From: Lingula anatina
Taxonomy: Eukaryota; Animalia; Brachiopoda
NCBI GenBank assembly: GCA_051362555.1
Contig: CM120649.1
Span: 15,638,567 to 15,702,566 of the forward strand
Reading direction: 5' to 3'
Length of the DNA stretch: 64,000 nt
Every line of letters begins with the position of its first letter. Position 1 is the stretch's first letter. Below the pieces are notes generated by a model that ran no database searches, was not told where the DNA came from, and saw only the letters and a program-made list of their open reading frames with translations. This document shows, piece after piece, positions 34,731-47,029 of this stretch. The position numbers and the translations under genes were made by a program.

Positions 34731-36632
34731 CTAGCAGAGATATGTTTTTACTGTGCCCCTGATCTTGGATTCACAAACCGGGCATTTTCGGAGAGAGGGA
34801 GCGCATGGATTGCAACACACAAGATGAGCACACGGCAAGAGAACAACCTCAGCGTCCCTCACCTTACATATTTTACATTTTCTCTGTTCTTTTAAAAGTT
34901 TATTTTCTTCCCTTAGTTTGTCTGATAAGATAGCGGGGTCAGTGGGTTCAGGGGGATTATTTGTATTTGCGGAGGGTGCTGTGTCATTTGGAGGTGATTG
35001 GTCTGATTGACCCCTGACTACTGTAACATTTAGAGGAGCATTTGTCAAATTGGTATCCCCATTACTATCCCCCAGTTCTTGTTCCTCTTCAATTCTAAGA
35101 AGAGCTTCTATTAAAGACTGTAAATTAGGGAAATCGTCACCAACAGTTGTAAGTCTATTTTCTATAGTCCTTCTTACTAAATCTCGGGAATAACCCATTG
35201 CTATTACTTTCTGGGCAGATGGTGCATCTAACCGAGCTTTTATTTCTCTTGCCTCTATCTGATGGGTATGTGGGGACCGACCTGCTTGGGTGGAAAATTG
35301 CCCATTGGCGGAATTGCGTTGCAGTATTTCTCTGATGAAAGACACTCCTTTACATTGTTTCACATACCCACAATTTGGGAACCAACGCGCATGCTCAGTC
35401 CATACGTCATCCTGTGGCTCCCAGTTTCTCAGTCCCCCGCCACAGAAAAAGCATTTCACATTGTCCCCAAAGCCGGCGTAATAGAACCCAGCTATGGAAA
35501 GTTCTCTTGGCGTTTGCCGCTTACTGATGGGCCAGTTTTCAAAAGTCAAAATCCTGTTCTGTTCAATTGCATACTGGGGATGTTTTGGTCGTTCAGTCAC
35601 TATTGGGTTATCGTCAAACAATAAATTGTTCTGCTGGCTCGAACTCTGCTCTTGGTTTTGTCTCTGTTGTACAAACGAACACAACGGAAAATGTTTAAAA
35701 TGTTTTCCAAATGCGTCATCGCCCCTGCCCCAAGATCTGATTTTTCCGCCGCAATAAGCACATTTTACAATATCTGAAGTCCCTAAATAAAAGAACCCCG
35801 CCTTTGCGAGTTCACTGGGTCTGACAGGACAACTGTCTGGGAAATTAGCATAGGTCTGCATGCGAGTTAACTCATTCTCCCTCATAATCAACATAAAATC
35901 CTCACTTTCGCGGACACTTGCAAGTGTCGGAGTAGTAGTGTTAGAGGATTGGGAAAAGTTTTGGTTCGTTTCAGTCGGCGGTGACCTGGCGGCTAGATTG
36001 TCAGTAGTGTCAACGCCGCCATGAGCGTTTGGATTAACGGCAGACCGAGGCGTTTTCCTGGCGCCCTCGTTATTTAATACTGACCTTTCATTTACACAGT
36101 TTCTCACTGCACTGGCAATCCCACAGGGCGTTTCACCGCCCACTGAATTCCCATTTGGTACCGTAAGCACTGCTCCTAAAAAGCCTTCAGCGTGTTGGGC
36201 ACTTTGTGGCAGCTGATTCCCAAGGGACTGAAGACCAAGAGGTGTGTAGATGGTTCCTTGAAGCCCGGGAATTTCCTCGGTAGTAGAGACTTCAACGCTT
36301 ATCGGAATGTTCTCCTTATTGGCCCCATCCAAATAGCGACAGTTTGGTGATACTTGGCGATGTTTGTTTTCGGGGTTGTCGCCCAATTTCCAACCTCGAA
36401 CGCTGCGATGACAGGCGAAGCATTCTACCTCATCGTCCCGTCCTGTGTAGAAAAAGCCACACTTGGCCAGCCTGGATGGGGACCCATCTGCCCACGAGGG
36501 CCAGTTGGCGAAGGTCAAATACCGGTGGAACTCGAATCTAAAGCGTTGCTCGGGTCTCATTGGTCCATTCTTTACTGTCTCATCTTCGTATGATTTCAAC
36601 CCCAGTGGTGATGTATGCTTACTCATCGCCAT
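34731..36632 (-). CDS. IAP-2: complete 3xBIR-UBA-RING inhibitor of apoptosis (cIAP/DIAP2-like architecture); intronless CDS
   Basis: 633-aa ORF; three BIRs; UBA; RING CKIC...PCAHLVCCNPC...CPVC...KTYLC; acceptor ttgcag just upstream of the ATG. Confidence 0.95.
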   Translation of the reverse strand: MAMSKHTSPLGLKSYEDETVKNGPMRPEQRFRFEFHRYLTFANWPSWADGSPSRLAKCGFFYTGRDDEVECFACHRSVRGWKLGDNPENKHRQVSPNCRYLDGANKENIPISVEVSTTEEIPGLQGTIYTPLGLQSLGNQLPQSAQHAEGFLGAVLTVPNGNSVGGETPCGIASAVRNCVNERSVLNNEGARKTPRSAVNPNAHGGVDTTDNLAARSPPTETNQNFSQSSNTTTPTLASVRESEDFMLIMRENELTRMQTYANFPDSCPVRPSELAKAGFFYLGTSDIVKCAYCGGKIRSWGRGDDAFGKHFKHFPLCSFVQQRQNQEQSSSQQNNLLFDDNPIVTERPKHPQYAIEQNRILTFENWPISKRQTPRELSIAGFYYAGFGDNVKCFFCGGGLRNWEPQDDVWTEHARWFPNCGYVKQCKGVSFIREILQRNSANGQFSTQAGRSPHTHQIEAREIKARLDAPSAQKVIAMGYSRDLVRRTIENRLTTVGDDFPNLQSLIEALLRIEEEQELGDSNGDTNLTNAPLNVTVVRGQSDQSPPNDTAPSANTNNPPEPTDPAILSDKLREENKLLKEQRKCKICKVRDAEVVLLPCAHLVCCNPCAPSLRKCPVCESKIRGTVKTYLC

Positions 36633-37524
36633 TTTTGAACAGTGACTGCAAATAAATTAAATAAAACCCGGTCAAAATGAAATTACGTTGGCTCTTTTAG
36701 GAGTAAAGGAAATGGTAACAAAGAAAAGAAAACGAAAGTGAAACTACATTTTGCTATATCAGGCCCCTTTGGCGAAGGATCGAATGACATCAAAAATTTA
36801 GTCCCTTCAGAATCATTTCTTCTTTTTTACTAGAGTTAAATTCATGTTATAAAAAAACGTCGGAGATTTTGTGCTGGGGTGCCTTTGCTAAACACTTGCT
36901 TAAAACCCCACAGTCTTTAAGAGGCATGCTGCCCGTCAGTTTTGGGAGATTTTGTTTTACACAAATTTAGACTAGATCGTATTCTGTAATTGTATTTATT
37001 TATTTATTTATTTATTAAATGTATATCGCCAAAATTAAGACCTATAAATATTGTTTCTGGTGCCTTTGTTTTTCTTTTCATTATTGAATTTTCTTCCACA
37101 CTAAGTTTTCTCTTCCCCATAACCTACTCGACTTCTTCATTGCTCAGGTAATGTAAGACTTATGGCCGGTTACTGCACACGTAATCGGCTTATAACTCAT
37201 AAACTTTGCTCTGCCTCCTCACGGCAACGGCCCATAGCAACAGAGGCGTGACTTAGTCGTCAGTCTGACTGGAGCGCGCTGGTTGAAAAACTGACCAAAA
37301 GACCCATTTTGCGGTGCAAACTCCAAAAACATTATTACATCGAATGTTTAAAACTTTTTTGATTTATATAAACACACAAAAAAAACTTTAAAAAAAACGT
37401 GATTTAAAGGCAATTTAACCCTCCTACAGGGCTTAACATCAATAAACCATTGATCCTTCATGTAGGTCTGCGTTCAGTATAATGAGGGAATTTTAAAATG
37501 TCCGCTCGGATGCTCTCTGATTGT

Positions 37525-37716
37525 CTTAGAGCACATTCAGAACTGAGGACTAACAGATCCGCGCATCAAATATGGCCGACCCACGTGGCACTTGTTGCGT
37601 CATCTCCACGGAAAATCTACTCAGAGTCTAATCGGGAATTAAGCGGCAAGCTTTTTAGTGGGTCGCCATATTTGATCCGCGGATCTGTTATTCCACTGTT
37701 CTGAATGCGCTCTAAG
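37525..37716. mobile_element. MITE with ~55-bp imperfect TIRs
   Basis: cttagagcacattcagaac..aacagatccgcgcatcaaatatggc / gccatatttgatccgcggatctgtt..gttctgaatgcgctctaag. Confidence 0.8.
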
Positions 37717-37883
37717 GGACTCAAGACATGCCACAAATGAGGTCCGTGCTTTGCTGTTTGTTTACGGTTTGATAAATGATCTGTCTATTATATTTGCAAA
37801 TATTGATAACCCAATTGATGCATGTTGCACTTTATTTAGGACAAATCATGATGCAATAAAATGTCAAGCGTGCTGTAGGCTTA

Positions 37884-38965
37884 GGCCACACTTTTTTATT
37901 TTTATGGATGACATCCTCTGGGGACCCCAAAATCGGTGCGAGCGGGCGAAAAAAAAAAACAGTCAAAAAAAAAAATAATAATAATAAACTGCCTAAGAAA
38001 AGTTATGTTTTCAGTACACAGCTGGAAACACTAATTTACCTCAGAAACACATATCAAACTAACAACATGTCTTTATCCATGCTCTCAAAATATTAAAGCA
38101 TTGTGATTGGGCCTACTTCGTAGAAAGGTAAAAAGTCATGAATATATATGCTGCATATTACCAAATCTATTTAAGGTTATTTCATGCATTCTGTTGGTAT
38201 AGCAATCAATAAAACAAATATCAAATAAACAGCGTGTCTTTATTTGTACTCTCAGAAAATTAAAGCATTGTAAACACTTCAGGAATTGTTAAAAAAAATG
38301 AAGCAAAGATAGGCCTATGCTTCCTACTAGCAAATCTAAAAAAAGGTAATTTCGGTCGATGCCATTTTGTCTACTTCGACTCACACGTAGCAGCCAACTA
38401 TCGGGTGGCCTGTCCGACCTTCAGTCCACCAAATACCACGACGCTCTTGTCGACCCTTTTTTCGCTACAAAAAAAAAAAACCCTGGTATGTGCTGCTTTG
38501 GACAGAATGTCACTGAAATTTTCCGGGCGATGATCGCTGGCCGCGGCCAGCCTTTCGTATAATTGTAAAAGGGTGATATCTCCATGTCCAATATCAATGG
38601 CAAACCAATCCAAAACGACGGCCCCCGTTCTATTTATGACTTTAATTGTCGTGTATTTTGAAATTAATGCTAGAGATGAATTTGACGGCAAAGCGACCAT
38701 ATTTCCACGTGGTGATAATGCGCATGCGCAAAAAGCTCATTTTCCGCACTCAGAGTTACTCGGATGTCTCCGCAGTCGACAATGACAGTATGGAACTTGC
38801 GGAATTAGCCGAGGATTGCCGATTGCATTTTCCGGCGATGTTTTTGCGACAACCGATTTCTTTGGGTGGGGGGGGGGGGGGGGGATTTTTTTTTTTTTTT
38901 TTGGAGAACGGACGAAAATCGGTGCGCGCGCAGGATGTCATCCATAAAATTAAAAAAGTGTGGCC
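37884..38965. mobile_element. ~1.08-kb non-autonomous DNA transposon with GGCCACAC termini and 3-bp TSD
   Basis: ~32-bp TIR ggccacacttttttattt(t)tatggatgacatcct; TSD tta; inverted second copy at 53032-54005. Confidence 0.9.
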
Positions 38966-39293
38966 TTACTGATGAAGATATATGCCCTTGGGACAGCTGT
39001 GCAAAGTTTACACTATCTTACAATACATGCAAACGGGGTAATTGCTTCACCCGCGGTGCTCATTTAAACGCTGACTGAAGAAAAAGTAACGGACTACTAA
39101 GGGGCTGGAGTAAAAAAAATTAAGACCCCATGAAGATAATTTCTTCAACGACATCTGCGTTGTTCTTCTAAAATGGCTGATTTTATCAACTATCAAAAGT
39201 GTCCCAACCTCCTATGAGATGCCTTTTACTACAATGAATGGTTCACCGTAATGCGATCTTGAAAAGGTCGGTTAAAAGTGGATATTTAATGAC

Positions 39294-39304
39294 GGGAATT
39301 CCCC
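39294..39304. promoter_or_regulatory. Candidate NF-kB site GGGAATTCCCC
   Basis: Fits GGGRNWYYCC; lies between the divergent IAP-2 and IAP-3. Confidence 0.5.
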
Positions 39305-39820
39305 TTAGGGCTAGCAACGCTTGGTTACAAATCCTGCAGTTACGAAAACGTTGATCCGAGTACACCAGGTCACTAGAGCATTTATCCAAGTGCATATTTT
39401 CATATTTTCTTTTAAATTTATACATACACTGTATAATGCGCTTGTGAATATTTTACGAATCTCTGAATCTTTATAAAAACACTTTCGCCGTAGGTCAACA
39501 AGCAAAACATTCTCGTGATCAACAAACAGGTATTTAAATGCCCATAAAAGATTTCGACAGACTCAAAGTGGCTTTTAACATGATCGATTTTGTGTGAAAT
39601 AGTTGGACTTACAGAGTGTTGCACTCTCGCCGTCGGTTTGTACAAGGTTTGTCGAGGTTTGCCCCTGTCGGTGTTCTGTTGCTTTAAACATTACAGGTCA
39701 TCACATGGGTTTAAATTTGAATACAGACGCTTGGCCACTATCCAAAATTAGAAACAAACAACCCAGCCAAAACCTAGCTGGATCTTCGCCAACTTAAAGA
39801 TTAAAAGGTAAAGTAAGTGT

Positions 39821-40010
39821 CAGGTCCGTGGCCAGGGTGGGAGGAAGGGGGCTTCGAAAGAACCCCCCTTTTTGCTCGGAAAAGGTGTGCATTCTGGGTA
39901 AACTTGATCTAGGGGGGCCGATCTAGGTAGACTAAGGTTTCATAACAAAAGGTCAACGTTTTCAGAAAAAGAACCCCCGGGTCCCTTTTTCAATTCTGGC
40001 TACTACCCTA
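39821..40010. mobile_element. hAT5-like MITE copy
   Basis: Homologous to 13013-13220; TSD agtgt. Confidence 0.8.
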
Positions 40011-40250
40011 AGTGTGGTTTTATTTTCAAAAAGTTGCATTTGATTATGACAGTGGAAATATCTATCCTGTAATGATAAAAGTCGACATTTTATCACATTT
40101 AATAAGTAATGCTCGGATTACTTCACATCATAATTCATGCTATGCTAATAAAATGAAAAAAATGATATGAATATGTTTTTAACAAGTCAAACATTCCCAC
40201 ACTTTACTTTTATTGAGGTTGAGGAGCTGGGTGAACCGCTCATCTAATGC

Positions 40251-40414
40251 CAGGCCCGTAGCCAGCAAATTTGGAGGGGGTTCGTTTTCTGAAAAAGTGG
40301 ACCTTTTAACATAAAATCCTCAAGTACATAGATCAAATTGTACTCAGAGTGGACCTTTTCCAAGCAAAAAGGGCGGTTCTTTCGACCCCCCGAACCCCCC
40401 TGGCTACAGGCCTG
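40251..40414. mobile_element. hAT5-like MITE copy (inverted)
   Basis: TIR caggcccgtagccag; TSD aatgc. Confidence 0.85.
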
Positions 40415-41163
40415 AATGCAATGGACATTCATTTGTATAAGTGATAACTTTTCATCCAGGGTGGTACCCCATGAGTTTGCGCCTTATTTCTTTCATCACG
40501 GTGTCTCCGTAGAAGGAACACATAGTATACTCGTTCTGTTTGGTCAGTTATTTTCAATGTTGCCACTTGAAATGTATAGTTGAAGGAATGGTAGAATTTC
40601 GTGAGTTTTTTTTTAAATACTGTTTATTGATTATTATTGATTATTGGTGATTAATGAAATTTATCAGTTTTTGTGTAAGTAAATTTAAGCACGTAAATAA
40701 CCGGTAGTGAGTGCATTATTGTAATTCTCTTTTTCTTTTCTTCTTTTTAGGTTTTTACGTGTCTTGTGAATTCCTTCGTAAAATAAAACCAAGATCCAGT
40801 TCAACTTATGTTTTTCTTTGACTTTAACTTATGTGTATAACCCTTGTGTGGTATAATGAAGACAAGGAATATTGTGAGTCACACATTAAATAACATTTTG
40901 TTGTCGTTATACATGTATTAAACAAAGTGCTGTGCGTTTCAAGAGAGATTGCATTTCTCCAGCGACTAGCATTACATTGTACGTACTCTGCACAAAACAT
41001 CCCCTTGCTCATACTTCTAATGGTTACTAAACAAACCCAAATCAAACAAAACCAGAAAAGTTTCGACATCATCAACAAAAACCCCTTGGCATTACCAGTG
41101 CAATAATTCTTTTAGAATATCCGTAAACAAAATAAATGCGTCGTCAGGGGATGTGAGGCAAAA

Positions 41164-41174
41164 GGGGATCTCCC
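41164..41174. promoter_or_regulatory. Candidate NF-kB site GGGGATCTCCC
   Basis: Near-consensus match. Confidence 0.4.
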
Positions 41175-42433
41175 TTCCCATCAACACAAGACACCTGAAT
41201 TAACATGTGAGCTTTTCATTTATTATTAAAAGGAATCGAATAGCAAGTAAAGGAAATGAAAACATGTACATGCATGTACGCATGCACAATGACATTTACC
41301 TTGGTGTTAATAATTATATGAAAGTCGATTCGCCCTCTTACATGCACATAAACTAAACCGTGAACCGATCGTGAAAAGAGCCCACAATACTACATGTACA
41401 TGTAGTAGGCCTACATGTACTTCCACCTATGGACCGGACATTGTAATATTTTCAAGATTTCACGATACGTTATGACCTCTGACGCCTTATGTTGACAATG
41501 TCACAGTTTCACAGCATATAAATTCTTATGAACAATGAACTCACCGCTATTTTTGGCGCCTGAACAGATGTGTCAACGTGTTGTTCCGTATGCAAACGTG
41601 GACTGTCAGGGTTATCAAACACATTATGAACTACATACATATTTGATAATAAATTAATATTCAGTGTCCGTGTACACTGATTAAATTCCTTAACATTTAA
41701 ACAAAATTAATGTTATCTAACCCAGGACGTTATACATGTAATAGCAATTTGGTGGTAAAAAATGCCAATACGGTTTCTCAAATTTGTCATTTACCGGGGC
41801 ACCTACGAACACCGTTTGTAGGCCAATTTAATGACACCATTGAGTTTTTCAAAATTTTATCAGCGAGTTTTCATAAAAAAAGCCTTAGTTCATATTTTAT
41901 TGTTAATAAAGCAAATTAAAGTCTTTGTTCAATAATGCTTTGTAATAAGGGAGGTCATAAGTCCATGACAAAAGCATATAAACCCGGAACGCGAATGAAG
42001 CTCATACACTCGATAGTAACCTGTGCCAATGTTATTGATTAGATATTGTTCTGGGACATAGCTAAGCCCAGCAACGTTACGAGATATATAGATGGCCATA
42101 TTTTATTTCTTCAAGCGGCTTTTGTTGTTTTACATCAGCACAAATGTAAATGCAATATTGAACAATGAGATGCAGGAAAAATCTCATTTTCAGTATCCCT
42201 AAAGGTCTTGATGACTCAAAGATAGACACCCTTACATGTTCAGGTTACATGTAACATGCACCACTGGCACTTCATCGTGACACGAAACTAGTCTGTGTCA
42301 TAACGACAGTTTACAGTATGTGAACACTGCACATACCACACGTTTTTTAATGGTAATTTATTAACAAAACACAACCAATACCAAGACAGCTTCGACAAAA
42401 AATGCATCGACGTGTTATTCAAATAAGAAATAA

Positions 42434-42444
42434 GGGGAATCCCC
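42434..42444. promoter_or_regulatory. Candidate NF-kB site GGGGAATCCCC
   Basis: Consensus site ~460 bp upstream of the IAP-3 ATG; the identical 11-mer occurs at 60460. Confidence 0.55.
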
Positions 42445-42902
42445 TCGACTTGCTATGTCTAAAATTAGATGCTGGACTTGGATACCGCACAGGTAGGCGC
42501 AGCAGCTGACAAGCTAAAAATTGATTCAAATAAGGTCTTAGGAGGATCCCCTTTTCCATTTTCCTTTTTCCATGTACTAGTACGTCTAAAATTAGATACA
42601 GGCCTTGGAAACCGAAGATGCGGAATCTGAAAAAGTGAAAATATACTGGTAACACGGCAGCAAACAAACAAATGTCATGCCGGGCTTGTTAAATACAAAT
42701 TGCGTTGTTTCCCTATAAACATATGTGAGGGCAGTTCCAGCAGTGGTTTACCACATAAACGGGTGTTCATGGTATGAGACACATGTACACTAGACTATCG
42801 TCGTACATTCGACGTACTATCAATCTACAAGACGATTATACGATAAGTTTTATAGCGTAAAACGCATTTTATAGTTTCATTTTAAAAAAGTCCAAGTCGA
42901 AG

Positions 42903-45900
42903 ATGACACCAAGCCCCTCCCTTGGTCTCACAGCTTACACAGCCTCCAAGCTAAGTGAAAGAGGAGACCACAAGGAGTACAAGTTTGAGGTGGGGCGTTT
43001 ACTTTCCTTTAAGACTTGGCCGTCTGCTGCCACAAACGCGTCACCTTCATGCCTCGCGAGAGCAGGATTCTATTATATTGGAAAGGCGGAAGAAACGTGC
43101 TGTTATAGCTGTAACGTAGTGATAAAAGACTGGGAGATTGGAGACAACCCTTTTACGAAACACGCAGCGCTATCTCCACTTTGTTTACATGTACTTGGTA
43201 AAGATGTAAACAACGTCCCGATTACTGCACCGACCATAAACAGAGCGGCATCATCTACACAGCACGCGTGCCGTGAGGCTGAAGTCTCGCCTGCTGTACC
43301 AAACCAGCTCTACCGTGATTTCAACTCAAAAGGCTTAGACATGAAGAATGAAATAACGAGACTCGGGACCTTCAAAGGGTAAGTGTTGTGAACCTATGTA
43401 ATGTCACTTGGAGTACTCGTGTATAGGGGAGACCGGGGCTAGTTGGCCCAGTTAGACACTTTTGGCCTTGTAGAGCCAACTAGGAATGGGTTAGAGTAAC
43501 AAAACCGGTTTCAAAGTAAGCCCCTTGAACTAAGCTACGTATGCAACGTCATTATTTTTCAAATATAATGCCAGATGGCTCACAATTTGACAAAAGACGC
43601 AGTTGACGTCAAGGGGGCCAACTTGCCCTGTGGCGGGGCAAGTTGGCCCCCCTATACGAAAATGAAATATACATCCCATGTAAACGCCTTGAAATACATT
43701 TTTATACATTTTTAATTTATTAAACTGATTTTTGAGAGTCTTCGATGAATAAATAGTTCAAACGAGGCAGATTTATTCAGGTTTCCGTACATCACGTTGT
43801 GGGGGGGGGGGGGGTATATGTTGCAAGAACAATTAATTAAGAATAAATTAATAATGGTATAAAGCAGGTTTTTAATGAATGAAAACGAATAATAAATTTT
43901 CGTTTTAAAAGAAAGTAACAAATTCAGTTTAAACCCGTTGAGTTTGTTTCAACAATAGTCTCTCTCTAGGGAGGGGTGGAAAATCCCCTTGGGGCCACAT
44001 ATAACACTATAAATGCAAAGGGAATCCCCTTACAATGAATTAAGGCAAAATAAATGTTTTTCTAGGGAAAGTCCAATGGATTTACTTTTTAATACATACA
44101 ATCAACAGAACATTTCTAATATAAATTTTCGAAAAGACACCAGAGAGCAAATTTAATAAAATCAATCAGACGGTAAACACCGGCAAGCTTTGTCAATTTC
44201 ACCAACTTGCTTATTTCAAACAGCGTTGCACGCAAAGGATTGTGGGTAATATGAGGGTCCAACTTGCCCCGAGTCCAGGGGGCCAACTAGCCCCGGGTGC
44301 ACCTTTTTATTTTAAAGGATGGCAACCATTTATGATGCTAGAATGAGCAACGATGATATATCTCTGTGAAACTTGAAACAATGAGCTTCAGTTTGATGCC
44401 CTATACATATATCATATTCGGTCAAAAGCCTATGAAAATAGATTTTTAATTCTCTTAAACAAAATTACTTTTAGGTGCAAAAATCGTTTATTTGGACTCA
44501 CCGCTTAAGTAAAACTTTTTAACGTCCGACACTTCCTTAGCATTGTAGGCTACGGTCACTTTACAAGAGAATGTGGCCAATTTTTTTTACCTCGTAGTTA
44601 CTTTTTCATAAATTGACGGGGGGCCAACTTACCCCGGGGTCCAACTAGCCCCAGCCTCCCCTATGTTACCTCCATTACCTAAATCCCGTCCATTCCTCTT
44701 GAATATTTTACCATTGCGGCTTAAGTGATTGGCTTGTATCATTTTATCGTGTGAATGACATGTCGTGTCCATTATTAAACAACTATTGAGTATAAGTCCA
44801 ATTTAAAACGTCCAATAGGTACTTAAACAGTCATCTAGTACAGTGTATGTTTTATTGCACTCTTTAAAATGCTGCAAAATATATACCCGGTAATATAATT
44901 TCTTGCATTGCTATGCAATGTTTCTAATTTTCATAAGTAATGTGTAAGATGAAAAATTGGAAGGTTTTTTCCACTATAATGATCATGTCAAAAACGCTTT
45001 TACAGTGCCACTAATAGCACTCCTGCAGATGGGGCACTTTGGAAGTGCGGGTGCGCATGTGGTACAACACACGAGGTGGGCACACGGCAACAGAACAACA
45101 CACTGTCCGGAACCGCGCAAAATTTAGCTATGAATCAAATTTAGAAATTGACACCGTTGAAAACTTTTAGGTTGGATAACGGGCTAATACTACCTTCCAG
45201 ATTCGTGGTCAAAATATTTACGTGTAGATCGCTATGAGGAAATCCAACGCTGACAACAATAACCAGTTTCAATCATTTAATGTTCACTCGTCGCTTGCCC
45301 AGGTAAATTCTAACGTTATGTGGAGAGTTACACTCTTTAGTATCCAACCAAGACAATGGCTTCATGAACTTCTTAATTCATGGCTTCATAATCAGAATAG
45401 TAATTTGGGTTTTAATTAAAAAGTTATTACTTAAGTTGCCTATGAATTATTAAATGTCTCCGACAACACGCGTTCTCATCCGTGTTTCTTTCATGGATAT
45501 ACAAATGTAACTTCAACAAGAGCGGTTATTTTCCGTTTGAAATAATTATGTTCTAAACAAAATTCACGACACTTGGACACAAGACCAAGAATGTTATTTT
45601 CTTAAATCATTATTTTATTTTAAAAATAGAAAATGTACAATGTATTCTACATTTCGAGTCACGCACCGGCAACTTTTACGTGAACGTCGACGACATGGTG
45701 AAGTGTGCCTTCTGTGACGGAATGATCAGAAACTGGGAGAGAGAGGACCGCGCCTTTGACGAACACGCCAGACACTTCCTTACGGACATTGTAACCCTTT
45801 ATTATCATCCAGATACCGAAAATGAGCTTTTTCCTGCATCGAATTTTTTAATAATGCACCTGAAAAAATATAAAATATCGACGTGTATATTGCAATGTTT

Positions 45901-47029
45901 TTAAAAGCATGGGCAACTCAAAACTTAAATCGTCAATTCAACACCTTTCTATTTTGAGGAGAGATAGCAATCGGTATGGGGTGTAACTTTATCCCTGAAC
46001 AAGATTTTATCACAAAAATTGGCAGAGTTGACCATGACCGTATATGCTGCAATCCCGTGTCGTCATTTTGGTTTGCATGTTTTGTTATGGAGAGATTTTC
46101 ATTAAATAAAGGCATTATTTTGCTTTTTCAACGATAAAATCTGATCTTAGACCTTTAAGAAAAATTGCTTGCAGGGTTGTGGAGTACTAAATCGTGTGAT
46201 TAAATCTGCGTTGAAACGGTGATCGTGGGTGGTCAGGGAAAAGAGAAATTTGAGAAACCGATTTTTCAGTTTTTACCCCTATACCGCAATTATGACGTCA
46301 CCCGTTAGATGACATGTGTATAAATGTTAAGCAATTTCGTCACTGAACACTGAATATTTTACTTGTTACCCAAATGAATATATGTAAGGCAGGAAATAAG
46401 GAGTTTTGGGCGAAGGATGACAACAGCCTTCATCTCTTCTTTGTACAACAGGGCTGGCGCAATACAGAGTCTTAGACCCCATTCCCATAGATTTTAGATC
46501 GATCTATCCCTGTGGGGAGTCTCACTAGATTACTGTCAGCTTAGCCTGCTTAAGCGTCTGTCCCGCCTTCTAAAAGCTGTAAGGGGGTAATTAACTATGG
46601 TGCGCGCTCGGCTGACTGCAATTTAGCGTGAACCCCCAGGGAGTAAGGTCGATCTAAGTCTAAATCTCTGGATCGATCTAAATCTCTGGGAATGCACCCT
46701 AACAATAACCCCCAGGTCTAATTTAAGTATTTTTCTTTCAACATATCAAGAGGTGTATCAACCCAAAATAATGTTTCTAACGATTTATCGATTTGCTACT
46801 TTCACCATTTTACACCAAATATTCCTTTAATTCTAGTTTTCCCGCTACGTGTCCCGTTCGACCGTCAGACCTTGCTAGAGCCGGCTTCTTCTACGTGAAC
46901 GTTGACGACATGGTGAAGTGCGCCTTCTGTGACGGAATGATCAGAAACTGGGAGAGAGGGGACCGAGCCTTTGACGAACACGCCAGACACTTCCCCCAGT
47001 GTATTTTTGTGAAGTTTTATTTAAAGTGA
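42903..47029 (+). CDS. IAP-3: short two-BIR protein (~222 aa), exons 42903-43378 and 46837-47029
   Basis: BIR1 is complete in exon 1. A phase-2 intron (GG|gtaag...ttctag|T) splits BIR2 exactly as in IAP-4. The stop follows HFPQCIFVKFYLK. Confidence 0.75.
43426..44661. mobile_element. Non-autonomous TA-flanked DNA transposon in the IAP-3 intron
   Basis: TIRs ggggagaccggggctagttgg / ccaactagccccagcctcccc flanked by TA; internal ggccaact(t/a)gcccc repeats. Confidence 0.85.
43978..44074. promoter_or_regulatory. Cluster of three candidate NF-kB sites
   Basis: GGAAAATCCCC (43978-43988), GGGAATCCCC (44020-44029), GGGAAAGTCC (44065-44074). Confidence 0.5.
44930..45100 (-). pseudogene. Inverted IAP RING C-terminus plus 3'UTR fragment
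   Basis: VVLLPCAHLVCCTTCAPALPKCPICRSAISGTVKAFLT*, near-identical to the end of IAP-4. Confidence 0.88.
45674..45780 (+). pseudogene. Isolated BIR2 fragment
   Basis: FYVNVDDMVKCAFCDGMIRNWEREDRAFDEHARHF, near-identical to 46888-46995. Confidence 0.88.

Noticed and set aside
38359-39078. Dense short ORFs on both strands, also at 53003-53582
   Set aside because: They lie within a non-autonomous TIR element, have no protein motifs, and frames are not conserved between copies.
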